From assembly GCF_009914755.1 (NCBI RefSeq), contig NC_060938.1: a stretch of 64,000 bases of DNA, one strand, 5' to 3'. A program made the position numbers and the translations under genes. The stretch is from the human T2T-CHM13v2.0 reference genome, Homo sapiens. Shown in pieces: positions 44,893 through 61,008 of the stretch; the stretch's first letter is position 1; each line of letters begins with the position of its first letter. Under the pieces are notes generated by a model that saw only the letters and a program-made list of their open reading frames with translations, ran no database searches and was not told where the DNA came from.

Positions 44893-45365
44893 TTCTAGTC
44901 AGAAATATTTTAGTTGCAAAGAATAAAAACCAAATCTAACCGGATTAAAATGTTTTTTAAACACCTAAACATTTTTTAAAAATGTTTAAAGCATATTAAA
45001 GTAGGGAATTCTCACAACATTCCAAAAAAGAGCTAACATTGGTATCTTGGGAAGTATAAAAATCAAGTTATCTCTAGGAACTCCAATGCCAAAAGTTCAT
45101 CAAAGACATTCCCTATGCATCAGAGTTATCTTTCTTCAGTTACATTTTGTAATTTGCTGCTATTTTATCACCAGCCAATTCAGCCTCTAGATGTCTCAGT
45201 TCTATACTTCTCAGAAATATTTAGCTCAGCACAGACTAAATATTTCCACCATGTTCACTATGTGTCTACCTCAATCCAACGTTTACTTTCTTTGTGTCAT
45301 CCATTGCAGTCTCTCCCTCTTCCCAGGGAGGTTTTAATATGAGAAGCGAAAGGTTAGTGGTGGCC
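44893..45365 (-). mobile_element. Old MaLR/ERVL LTR fragment (MLT1K/L- or LTR33-like)
   Basis: Starts 'tctagtcagaaatattttagttgcaaagaataaaaaccaaatctaac', the usual antisense terminus of these LTRs. Confidence 0.45.
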
Positions 45366-48300
45366 ATCAAACTGAATAACATCTAAAATTAAAATCTTGA
45401 GAATAAATTTTGAACTTCTTCAATTGTCTCCTGGTTAGCCTCAATCTACCATTTATCTGTTTACTTACTGTCTCTAGTTGCATTTCCCCATACTCCACAC
45501 ATACATGCATATTGCATTTGAGGCATAAGCCTATGCCTTGGCTGTGTTTCCCTCTGCTGGAATTGTTTACCCTTCCTTCCACTCAGAAAAATCTTACTCC
45601 TTTAAAGCCTCAGCTGAACTGTAACCTCTTCCAAATCAACAAGGAAAGTCCATTTCCACCTCCACTGGAATCCCTTGGCATTTTAATTATACTGTTCATA
45701 TAGCTGTTCATGACATGGCTGACTTTGTCATGGTCCCCATGAGAGCTCCATTCACGCAGGCATCAGCATAACATAATTCCTGGGCCTGTTGTCCATTTTT
45801 GTGCCTTTCCCATTTTTGTTAAAAGTTTAATTTTAAAAGCCTCATCATTATTTCCAATTGCTGTTTCTCCATTTTCTCCTCCTAAACAACATACAACTCT
45901 TCTTGACAAAGTTATTTACTAACATTACTATAAGTAACTGATACTATTGGAGTTGTCCAAAATGTAAACAATACATAAGTGGTACCCATAAGATATTACA
46001 AAAGAAAAATTTCTGACTGAAAGTAACTGTGTATGCTAAGTCAACAGAATTTTAGACATCATCAACTTTAATTACATTAGCTGCCCCAAACAATCACAAC
46101 TCAGATTAAATTAGATGGTCTAACAACATGAACAGTTTTCCATTCTTCCTATTCTAAAAGGCATTTTAAAATACAGAAATTTTATTTCAAGTGTTTTCTG
46201 TCCTGGAGATTAATGTTTCAACAGCTAATTCATTCAGTATCACTTAACATATTAGTAAAAGAATTATCATAACCCCCAAAAACACAAGTTGGAAAACAAT
46301 GCTTCTTTTTTTGTTAAATTTTAATATGTATTTGATACATGCTACAGATAGGGGTTTTAAAATGCTCTACTGATTGATCTTCTCTCAGAAACTTTAAACC
46401 AAAGTTTTATGCTATTAAGATTCTGACTTATATTCAAATAAACTAAAAGTAACCAAACATGCCATCAATAAGCCTAATAAGATCAGTATTAATTTTAATA
46501 TTTTTCTTCAATTTTTTGTTCAATTTTTGAGTCAGATATTAAAAGTAGGAATAATATATGAACACTTCATTAACTCCTTATGCCATACATTTTTAACATT
46601 ATATTTTTCTTTAACTAAATAATAGACCAAAAAGAATTAATAAAGTATTATTCCATATTGACAGGGAAAAGGCCACTGACTAAGCTACTCTTCCTTATTC
46701 AGTATTTAGTAATTATAGATTATGTAAAGACAGATAAATTGTTTGAAAGATTAAGAATTTCAATTTCTGCTTCTGGCTAGTATGCACATGGATTATCATG
46801 CTAAATATAACTGTATTTTATTTTTACCGTAAAGAATACTTTTCATTAATTATTAGGATCACTAATAAGTATGGCAAGAGAGAAATGGGAAATAAATCCA
46901 TTAAAGTGTAAGGATTAATAAGGCTAAAAATGAGATTGACAATGACTCACTAAAATAAGGAGAATACATCCCCCCACTTTCAAACATTAACCTAGGAGTC
47001 CTCCATGAGCGATAACTGTTTCTAGGATAGGAATATCTACTTTTTTCCAACAGAAGTAAGCAGCATTCTCTCTTGAATATATCATCCACAATTTAGGACC
47101 TCTATACACCAGAGATTACATCAACAAAATAAAAACTTACCAAAAACATACAATGAACAAACTCTAATTAATGAGCATAAACATAAAGAAGCAGATCTAG
47201 TACCATGCCTAGATATTAGACATGTTGGAATATTTAAATACAGAATATGTAATAACGGTGTATAAATAAAAAAATGAAATAAAAACATGCAAAAAGAGGA
47301 GGCCATAAATATTGGCATCAAGATTAGAAAAATGAATAGAACACTAAAATATAAAAATGCAATAATTGAAAGTAAAAGACTACAAGATCCAATGTCAATG
47401 TACAATAAAGAACATAATTTTGACCATCACTCATGATAGAGATAGGCTATTTATATATATATATATGCAAACAAATGCTTTAAGACATCAGAATGGTAAT
47501 ACAGTAGTGAAGAATTCCTGAGCCAACTGTGGCATAAAATATAAATCTGTAAAGATGAGCCCAGCATTTGGGTGGCATTGAGCCTGAGGGTATTAGCTGA
47601 TAAGGAAGAGGAAGGTAAAAGGATTAGCAGCAAGTATGCAGTCTCTCAAGGGTATAGGGTCATATTTTAGAAACAATAGGGCCTCCAGGAATGGAAACTC
47701 TGTTGAACACTCCTATGTTTTTGGTAGTGACCCCAAAAGGCTGCATGCCAGTATTTGGAGCAAATTGAGACTATAGCAGCATTAGCATAAACTGCTTCAA
47801 ATTGTCCATATGGTCTAGAAAATTTAAATCCTTAAACCTGGATACAGAGTAAACATTTATATATCAATTTTATGTCTATATTTCAAGAAACAACAATTTG
47901 AAAATACACATTTTTACAAATTACTTACAATCACAAAAGACATTAAATTAGGAACGAGGTATCACAAGCAATTTTGAGTTTATTCCAGATATATTACAGT
48001 GATGTAACACCAAAAATGAGTTGATTAACATTGTATAGAAATGGAAACAAATATATGATTATTTCAATACATGAAGAAAAAAGTACATTTGGTAAAAATA
48101 CCTAACTCTGAAGGCAGAAGAGAAGTTTTTTGATATGACAAATAATGTCTAAGATATACTTATCATAAGTAAAATGGTTGACTATGATTTATTAAATAAT
48201 TTTCCTATTAGATTCATAATAAGACAAGGATACCTGAAATAAATAGTTCTATGAAACCAGGCCTGAAGGTCCTAGCTGGTGAATTAAGGCAAAACAAAGA

Positions 48301-49273
48301 GATATAACATCTAAGGACAGAAAATTATTTTAAAGAAATAACTTTTTGGAGAAGACATCATTGTGAATGTAGAAAAATGTTTCAGAGAACATTTTGCAGT
48401 TAATAAAATAATAGCAAATTTGATGGAAGCATGGCATGTTTGTGAACTCACAGAAATAAATTATTTTTCTACACCATCAGCAATAGAAAATATGCTTTAA
48501 TATAGGAACCATTTATAATAGCACACATAATCAGATAATAATAAATACAACAAATGGTATGTAAGATTTCTACATAGAAAACTAAAATATATGATTGGGA
48601 GAAATTAAGGACCTAAATAATAAAAGACTAGACATATAGAAGGGGTAAGGGCCAGGTAGAGCAAAGATGCTCCTGAAAAAGAGCAAGGTGCATAAATTTG
48701 TCATAGCAGATAGTAAAATTTAGGGAGAGCTACAGTGCTAAGTATCCTGTGGTATTTGCACACGAATGGGTAAATGGGCCAATGGAACAGCAAAGATTGT
48801 GCAGAAATAAATTTACTTCTATTTAAAATAGTAGATGTGAAAGAGCTGGAATTGAAGATGATTGTAAATAAAGGAGTTTGTTTAATAAATACTTCTGGAT
48901 TAGTTTGTTTTTCATATAGTCATTATATGAATTTTGATTCTTATGCAACATGCCATTTGCTACAAATCAAAATAAATGATTTAGCATTTTAAACCTGGAA
49001 GACAAAATTTGAATATTTACAACTATAGCAGAATAGCTTTGTAATCTCAGTATGAGAAAGATTTATTAAATACTTTTCAAAATGTACTGAGGGTAATAAG
49101 AGACAGTACATTTTATTTCATTAAGAACTTCTGTTGATAAGGATACACTGAAGCAAAAATGCAAGCTGCAATACAGATAACTAGCAATGTTGATATTCAG
49201 ATTATTGACAGAATTCCTGAAAATCTACAGGTAAAATACATTATCTGTTAGAAAAATAGAAGAAGACAGAAAG

Positions 49274-50016
49274 AGGAGCTTCCAGATAGCTGAACAAGTG
49301 GAGGTTCCTGGAAGGTGACACAACCAGGGAGGGCATGGAAGCTCGCTCCGCTTCCCACATAGCTTGTCCTATGCATTTCTTCATCTGTATCTTCTGTGAT
49401 AATCTTTTATAATCAACTCGTAAACCTAAGTGTTTCCCTGTTCTATAAGCCGCTCCAGCAAATTAGTCAAACTCAAAGAGGGGGTTGTGAACTTGAAGCC
49501 AATGGCTCAGAAGTTCTGGAGGCCTGGGCTTGTGACTGGTGTCTGCAGGGACTGGGAACGGTCTTGAGGACTAAGCCTTCAGCGTGTGGGATCTGATGCT
49601 ACCTGCAGGTAGATAGTGTCAGAATTGAATTGGAGGACATCAGCCTGATATTAACAGAGAGGACAAACAGTAGCTGAGAGGAAAGAAATGAATAAATTGA
49701 GTATTAATTGAGGAAAATTCAATATTATATTAACAACTCGAAAGAGTCTCAAAGCAAGAGATGATATTGTCTCTCAGCGCAATTATTCCAGATGCCTGAA
49801 AGGGTGAAGATACACATTTGCCGAGACCACTCCTACTTTTGGAATCTGACAAGATTGAAAGGAAGCCTATAAGCATGAGTAACCTCACCCTGGCAGACAT
49901 TCTTACAATGTGGTGGAGTGGACTAATTATGAATGGTTCTGTATATTTTTTTGATGTAAAAGATCCATGGCCAAAAACCAGGGGGTGGCCTGTGGTGGTG
50001 AGATATATATATATAC

Positions 50017-50060
<44 letters not shown>

Positions 50061-50509
50061 TTTCATTAGTTTTCATCTATGGTTCCTGGTTAATAACTCC
50101 TAAAATCCTTGGGATTTCCAAAGTGCTGTCTTTTGTGTGTCTTCTGTCTGATAGGTTCAGGGTGGTGCTGGTCACAGGAAAGACTAAGGCGGGATTAGAG
50201 GACTGGACTTTCAGCCCCACATTGCAACCTCCAGGGAGGGGACAGGGGCTGAAGGTCAAGTTGATCACCGATGGCCAATGGTTTAATCAATCATGCCTAC
50301 ATAACGAAGCCTTTATAAAACTGAAGAGGACAGGATTAAGAGAGCTTCCAGACAGGTACACATGTGAAGGTTCCTGGAGGGTCAGCGCCCCAGGGAGGGC
50401 ACACAAACTTCCTACCTTTTCTCCCATACTTTGCCCTACATCTTTCTTCATTCTTTGTAATATCCTTTATAATAAACCAGTAAATGTGAAAAAGAAAGAA
50501 AGAAAGAAA
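49274..50509 (+). mobile_element. MER21-family ERV element with processed-transcript structure (R-U5, short internal part, PPT, U3-R, A-tail)
   Basis: Two partial LTRs share only the R segment (49276-~49425 and 50342-50488). PPT-like 'aaaaaccagggggtggcc' 49973-49990, then TG at 49991; TATAAAA 50314-50320; AATAAA 50471-50476; A-rich tail 50489-50509. Confidence 0.8.
50003..50060. repeat. (TA)n(TG)n microsatellite inside MER21 U3
   Basis: Visible directly. Confidence 0.95.
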
Positions 50510-51424
50510 TTTTACATAAAAAATTTGATTTTTCTAAGACAAAAAGGGCAAACACACACACACAAAAGATCTTCAGCCTCATTAGTAGTAAAGAAAAGTA
50601 ATTTAACCACCCTCCCAAAAAATTCCATACTATGGCTACATGCATAGATTTGACAAAAATTTAGAATTCTGAGAATTACTAATGTTGGTAAGAATTTAGA
50701 ACAAAATGTGGCTCTTACTCTTATTCAAAGTATAAAATTAAGCTCCATGTTGGAAAGGATGTGTCATTGTCACTAAAACTACATATCATTGGGTTATACT
50801 TAAAGACATGTCCTATAAAATCTCTGCAATGTCTAAACTAACAGATATGTGTAAGAATATTCTTAGCAGCGTAGTTCTTAAAAGAAAAAAATAACTAGAA
50901 ACTATTCAAGTGTCTATGAACAGGTAAGTTAAATAAACCGTTGTTTACTTAAACAAAAAAAAATTAGACAGCAGTGAAAATTAATGTAGGAAATGCAGCT
51001 GACAAAAATATTGCTAAGTGATGAATACAAATAAGGGCAAATGCAAACAAAAATATTCACATATAGAATAGAATCAATATTCCTTACCCTGACTTTCAAT
51101 TTCTACATGCTCTGGTCCCATTTTATAACATCCTTATGTATAATTGATTGATTGATTGACTTTGTTTCCCCCACTAGAATGGCACTCCATGAAAAATATA
51201 GATTGTATTTATTTTTTTAAATCATACTTTAAGTTCTAGGGTACATGTGCACAATGTGCAGGTTTGTTACATAGGTATAAATGTGCCATGGTGGTTTGCT
51301 GCACCCATCAACTTGTCATTTACATTACTTATTTCTCCTAATGCTATCCCTCCCCCAGCCCCCCACCCCCTGACCGGCCCCAGTGTATGATGTTCCCCGC
51401 CCTGTGTCCATGTGTTCTCATTAT

Positions 51425-55231
<3,807 letters not shown>

Positions 55232-55294
55232 TATGATGTTAGCTGGCTATTTTGCCCATTAATTGATGCAGTTTCTTCATAGCATTTATGGTCT

Positions 55295-56322
55295 TTACCG
55301 TTTGGCATGTTTTCACAGTGGCTGGTACTGGTTGTTATTTTCCATGTTTAGTGCTTCCTTCAGGAGCTCTTTTAAGGCTGGCCTGATGGTGACAAAATCT
55401 CTCAGCATTTGCTTGTCTGTAAAGTATTTTATTTCTCCTTCACTTATGAAGCTTATTTTGGCTGGATATGAGATTCTGGATTGAAAAGTCTTTTCTTTAA
55501 GAATGTTAATTATTCGCCCCCACTCTCTTCTGGCTTGTAGGGTTTCTGCCAAGAGATCCGCTGTTGGTCGGATGGGCTTCCCTTGGTGGGTAACCTGACC
55601 TTTCTCTCTGCCTGCCCTTATCATTTTTTTTCCTTCATTTCAACCTTAGTGAATCTGACAATTATGTGTCTTGGGGTTGGTCTTCTCGAGGATTGTCTTT
55701 GTGGTGTTCTCTGTATTTCCTGAATTTGAATGTTGGCCTGCCTTGCTAAGTTAGGGAAGTTCTCCTGGAGAATATCCTGAAGAGTGTTTTCTAACTTTGT
55801 TCCATTCTTCCCATCACTTTCCAGTACATTAATCAAACATATATTTTGTCTTTTCACATATTCCCATATTTCTTGGAGGCTTATTTCATTTCTTTTCACT
55901 ATTTTTTCTCTAATCTTGTCTTCTCTCTTTATTTCATTAATTTGATCTTCAATCATTGATACCCTTTCTTCCACTTGACTGAATCTGCTGTTGAAGCTTG
56001 TGCATGCATCACGAAGTTCTTCTGCCATGGTTTTCAGCTCCATCAGGTCATTTAAGGTCTTCTCCACACTATTTATTCTAATTAGCCATTTGTCTAACCT
56101 TTTTTCAAGATTTTTACCTTTCTCACGATGGGTTAGAACATGCTTCTTTACCTCAGAGAAGTTTGTTATTACCAACTTTCTGAAGCCTACTTCTGTCATC
56201 TCATCAAGCTCATTAGCCGTCCATCTGTGTTCCCTTGCTGGCAAGGGGCTGTGATTCTTTGGAGGAGAAGAGGTGCTCTGTTTTTTGGAATTTTCAGCTT
56301 TTCTGCTCTGGTTTCTCCTCAT
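55295..56322 (-). pseudogene. L1 ORF1p (coiled-coil RNA-binding protein), frameshifted
   Basis: ORFs 55621-56322 and 55313-55624 join across an A-run frameshift at ~55625. Motifs ENFPNLARQANIQIQEIQRTP, ARREW and YPAK; premature stop at 55313. Confidence 0.93.
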
Positions 56323-57949
56323 CTTTGTGGTTTTATCTACCTTTGGTCTTTGATGTGGTGACCTACAGATGAGGTTTTTTTGTAGATGTCCTTTTTGTTG
56401 ATGTTGACGTTATTCCTTTCTGTTTGTTAGTTTTCCTTCTAACAGTCAGACCCCCAGCTGCAAGTCTGTTGGAGTTTGCTGGAGGGCCACTCCAGACCCT
56501 GTTTGCTTGGGTATCACCTGCAGAGGATGCAGAACCGCAAATATTGCTGCCTGATTCTTCCACTGGAAGCTTCGTCCCAGAGGGGCACCCACCTGTTTGA
56601 GGTGTCAGTCAGCCCCTACTGGGAGGTGTTTCCCAGTCAGGCCACATGGGGGTCAGGGACCCACTTGAGGAGGCAGTCTGTCCATTCTCGGAGCTCGAAT
56701 GCTGTGCTGAGAGAACCATTGCTCTCTTTCAGAGCTGTCAGACAGGGACCTTTAAGTCTGCAGAAGCTGTCTACTGCCTTTTGTTCTACTATGCCCTGCC
56801 ACAAGAAGTGGAATCTATAGAGGCTGTAGGCCTTGCTGAGCTGTGGTGGGCTCTGCCCAGTTCTTGCTTCCAGGCCTCTTTATTTACACTGTGAGCTACT
56901 CAAGCTTCAGCAATGGTGGATGCCCCTCCCCGCATCCAGCAGCAGCATTGAAGGTGGATCTCAGGCTGCTGTGCTAGCAGTGAGCAAGGCTCCATGGGCA
57001 TGGGAACCACTCAGCCAGGCATGGGAGGTTGCTAAGACTGTGGGAATAGTGTAGTATTTGGTCAAAAGTGTACTGTTTCTCCAGATACAGTCTGTCATGG
57101 CTTCTCTTGGCTAGGAAATGGAAATCTCCTGACTGCTTGTGCTTCCCAGGTGAGGTGATGCCCCGTCCTGCTTCAGCTCACCTTCCATGGGCTGCACCCA
57201 CTGTCCAACCAGTCCCAATGAGATGAACCAGATACCTCACTTGGAAATGCAGAAATCACCCGTCTTCTGCATTGATCTCTTTGGAAGCTGCAGACTGGAG
57301 CTCTTCCTATTTGGCCATCTTGGAAGCAACCTCAAAATATAGATTTGTATGTATCTTGTTCAGTAGAAGAGTCACTGATACTTAATGAGTCAATATACTA
57401 TTACAATTATTATGGTTCAGTTTTGCATTATTGCAATCTAATGCACCATTGGATTAATATGCAGATATATTACGTATAAAATGAATTAGACTGTGGTATA
57501 CAATGTTGATGTTTTACCTTGTCTTCACCCTCTTTATTACAGAAAATTAATATTGTTCAGGGCACTACTGTGCACAGAAAACCATCTAAACATCTCTTTT
57601 ACCTTGTGGAACTATCAACAAATGTCAGTCTTTTGGCCAATGATGTAAGCAGAATTTCACATAAACATTTCAAATACAGGAGACCTTATGGCATATCGCA
57701 CATCTTTTAAAAAATCTCTACCTGTATTTTCCTGCCTGGATATGTTCAAACTGGAAGATAGTAAGCTTGAAGACAACAGCCACTCACTAAAGATCTGTAA
57801 ACTAGAATAAGAAAAATACCTTTGTCTCTGCTGCCAAGGTAGACATGGGCTTTTCATTTGTTTGCAATATGAAAAAAAAAAAAGTTCCAACATCACAGGG
57901 AAAGGTATCTTTGGAAAAAAAAACTGTGTGTTTCAAAATTTGGGGAAAA

Positions 57950-58230
57950 AAAGCAATACCAGCATTTAAAGATAAATGGATAAAGTCTCTAAGAAAATAG
58001 AACAAGGGACAGAGATAAAGATCAGGAAAGGAGAAAAGAGAGAGAAATAGAAACTAAAACCAAGAAGTTGGATATGTGACTATTAGGATTTCCAAAAGAA
58101 AACACAGACATGTAAGAACAATCAGAAGAAAGCTACACTACCTGGATTTGAAGGATCTATGTTTTCTAGTAATAAATAAAAGGAAATCTACACCTATACA
58201 CACCTTTTTTTACTGCAGAGTATTGAAATT
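57950..58230 (+). mobile_element. Ancient HAL1/L1M ORF1-like fragment
   Basis: A-rich 'aaaatagaacaagggacagagataaag...ctattaggatttccaaaagaaaac'. Confidence 0.4.
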
Positions 58231-58455
58231 ACATCACCATGAATTTGGACATGTGCATTCACATTCAATCATTCTTATCCACTCTATTATTTATTTGACC
58301 AGCTCTGAACCTGATTGATTCACAGCTCAAATAAAAGTAATGCTCTATAACTTTTATAATTGTGAGGCTTCAAGCACAATATTACAAATTTTCCTGTTTT
58401 TAAACCTTTTTTGGTGAAATACTTGAAAAACTTAATGTCATATGTGTATTATATA

Positions 58456-60418
58456 CGTTAGCCCCCATTTAACCTTGGAGAATATGTTCCAAGACCCCTA
58501 GTGGATGCTTGAAATTATGGATAGTACTGAACCCTACATTTACCATGTCTTTTCTTATATATACATGCCTATGACAGTTTAATTAATAAATTAGTCACAG
58601 TAAGAGATTAATAACAATAATTAATAGTAAAACCGAAGCGTTATAGCATTATTAAGTAAAATAAAGTTTACTTGAACACAAGCACTGCAATACTATGATA
58701 GGTGATCTGATAACCAACAAGGATCCTAGGTAACTAAAGGGCCAGTAGCATAGACAGTGTGGATGCCTTGGGCAAAGAGAGGATTCATCTCCTTGGTGGA
58801 ATTGGACAGAATGGAGCAGGAGTAGGATAGTACAAGATTTCATCATCTTACTCATAACATCATGAAATGTAAAACTTATGCATCTTTTATTTCTGGAATT
58901 TCCCTTTTAATACTTTCAGATCACAGTTGAATGCAGCTAACTGAAACCATGGAAAATGAAACTGCAGATAATGGAGGATGTATTAGTTCATTTTCATGCT
59001 GCTGATAAAGACATTACCCAAAACTGGGAACAAAAATAGGTTTTATAGGACTTACAGTGCCACATGGCTGGGGAGGCCTCAGAATCATGGTAGGAGGTAA
59101 AAGGCACTTCTTACATGGCAGAGGCAAAGAGAAAAATAAGGAAGATGCAAAAGCAGAAACCCCTGATAAACCCATCAGATCTCATGAGACTTATTCACTA
59201 TCACAAGAACAGTATGGGGGAAACCGCCCCCATGATTCAAATTATCTCCCACTAAGTCCCTCCAATGACACGTGGGAATTATGGGAGTACAATTCAAGAT
59301 GAAATCTGAGTGGGGACACAGAGCCAAACCATATCATTCTGCCCCTGGCCCCTCCAAATCTCATGTCCTCACATTTCAAAACCAACCATGGCTTCCTAAC
59401 AGTCCCTCAAAGTCTTAACTCATTTCAGCATTAACCCAAAGGTCCACAGTCCAAAGTCTCATCTGAGACAAGGCAAGCTCCTTCTGCCTATGAGCCTGTA
59501 AAATAGAAAGCAAAATTCTATTTTAAAATAGACAGTTACTTCACGGATACAATGGGGGTACAGGTATTGGCTAAATACGGCTGCTCCAAATGGGAGAAAT
59601 CGGCCAAAATGAATGGGTTACAGGGCCCATGCAAGTCCAAAATCCAGCAGGGCAGTCAAACTTTAAAGCTCCAAAATGATCTCCTTTGACATGAAGTCTC
59701 ACAACCAGGTCATGCTGATGCAAGAGGTGGGTTCCCATTGTCTTGGGCAGCTCCGCCACTGTGGCTTTGCAGGGTACAGCCTCCCTCCCGCTGCCTTCAT
59801 GGGCTGCCATTGAGTGTCTGGGGCTTTTCCAGATGCACAGTGCAAGTGGTGGGTAGATCTACCATTCTGAGACCAACTCAGCCTGGAACTTACTGTTCAT
59901 ATCACTATCAGCATTTTTTGTCAAGACAATTCAATAAGTCTCTAGGAGGTTCCAAACTGTTCCAACCTCTGCCTTTTACCCAGTTCCAAAGTCAAGTCCA
60001 CATTTTCAGGTATCTTTTCAGCAACACTCCACTCTACTGGTACCAATTTACTGTATTAGTTCATTTTCAGACTGCTGATAAAGACATACCTGAAACTGGG
60101 AACGAAAAGAGGTTCCATTGGACTTACAGTTCTAAATGGCTGGGGAGGCCTCAGAATCATGGTAGAGTGTGAAAGGCACTTCTTACACGGCAGTGGCAAG
60201 AGAAAAATGAGGAAGATTCAAAAGCGGAAACCTCTGATGAATCCATCAGATCTCGTGACACTTATTCACTACTGTGAGAGCAGTATGGGGGAAACTGCCC
60301 CCAGGATTCAAATTATTTCCCACCGGGTCCCTCCTACAACACATGGGAATTATAGGAGTACAATTCAAGATGTGATTTGGGTGGGGACACAGAACCAAAC
60401 CTTATTAGGGGACTACTG
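58456..60418. mobile_element. MER44-like (Tigger7-derived TcMar) element: body 58456-58978, last TIR bases 60408-60418, split by THE1A
   Basis: 'atatgttccaagaccccta gtggatgcttgaaa...gatagtactgaaccct' and 'aactgaaaccatggaaaatgaaactgcagataa' match MER44. The terminal 'ggggactactg' lies beyond the THE1. Confidence 0.85.
58979..60407 (-). mobile_element. THE1A with both LTRs (58979-59336, 60052-60407) and a deleted internal region (~715 bp)
   Basis: Two LTRs antiparallel to those at 37.3 and 39.5 kb; TSD GAGGA (58974-58978) / GGGGA (60408-60412). Confidence 0.93.
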
Positions 60419-60439
60419 CATGTGTGTTGGCAAACAAAC

Positions 60440-60580
60440 ATCTACACACACATACACATATATTTACACATATATAAATACGTATGTGTGTATCCATACA
60501 TATTCATATATTTTCTGAGTGTAAATATGTATCTAGACATGTATATATGTATACACGTATACATGTATAAATATATGAAT
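60440..60580. repeat. Low-complexity (CA/TA/TG) tract
   Basis: Visible directly. Confidence 0.8.
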
Positions 60581-60837
60581 ATTATCAGTATAGAAAAGAA
60601 TTATTTTTACTACCATTTCCACCTTGTTTTTAACGAGCACCTACTTCATTTAATTAATTTTCTAAAAGAAAAAAATAGACTTTTTATTTTTTTCAGAATA
60701 ATCCCCCGTATATATGGACTCATAATAGTGTGTTTAAAAAAATACTTTAGATGTGAAATTTTAAAAATGCACTTACCAGAAACTTGTATTTGTTTCATAG
60801 TTTAGTAGTTAATGCTGTATTCTTTAGCCTAGTTCTT

Positions 60838-61008
60838 TGGTTCTCAACTTTGGTGCTTTAGTACAATCCCCTTGGAACATTAAAAAATCCTAATGCCCAA
60901 ACTGACCTGCAGAACAATTAAATGTGAATCTCTGGGAGTGGGATCCAGGGATCAGTATTTGTTAAAGCTCTTCAGGTGATTTCAGTGTACCACCAAGATT
61001 GAGAACCA
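60838..61008. mobile_element. MER5-type hAT-Charlie MITE
   Basis: Inverted ends 'tggttctcaa' and 'ttgagaacca'; internal 'gaatctctgggagtggga', 'caggtgattt'. Confidence 0.85.

Larger units (their letters stand above)
46900..51060 (+). mobile_element. Mosaic of ancient L1ME fragments, host of the MER21 insertion
   Basis: Collinear degenerate ORF2 pieces ('aataagacaaggatacc', 'gaaggtcctagctggtgaattaaggcaa', 'ctgtggtatttgcaca...ggccaatggaacag'). They resume after 50545 with 'aaaagatcttcagcctcattagta'. Confidence 0.65.

Noticed and set aside
49967-50647. 226-aa ORF, the longest non-L1 ORF in the track
   Set aside because: It runs through a (TA)n(TG)n microsatellite, the MER21 U3-R, the A-tail and host L1ME DNA. 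No recognisable domain; a chance frame.
59738-60805. Three chained ORFs of 119-144 aa
   Set aside because: Antisense THE1A and low-complexity TA/CA sequence; no coding signature.
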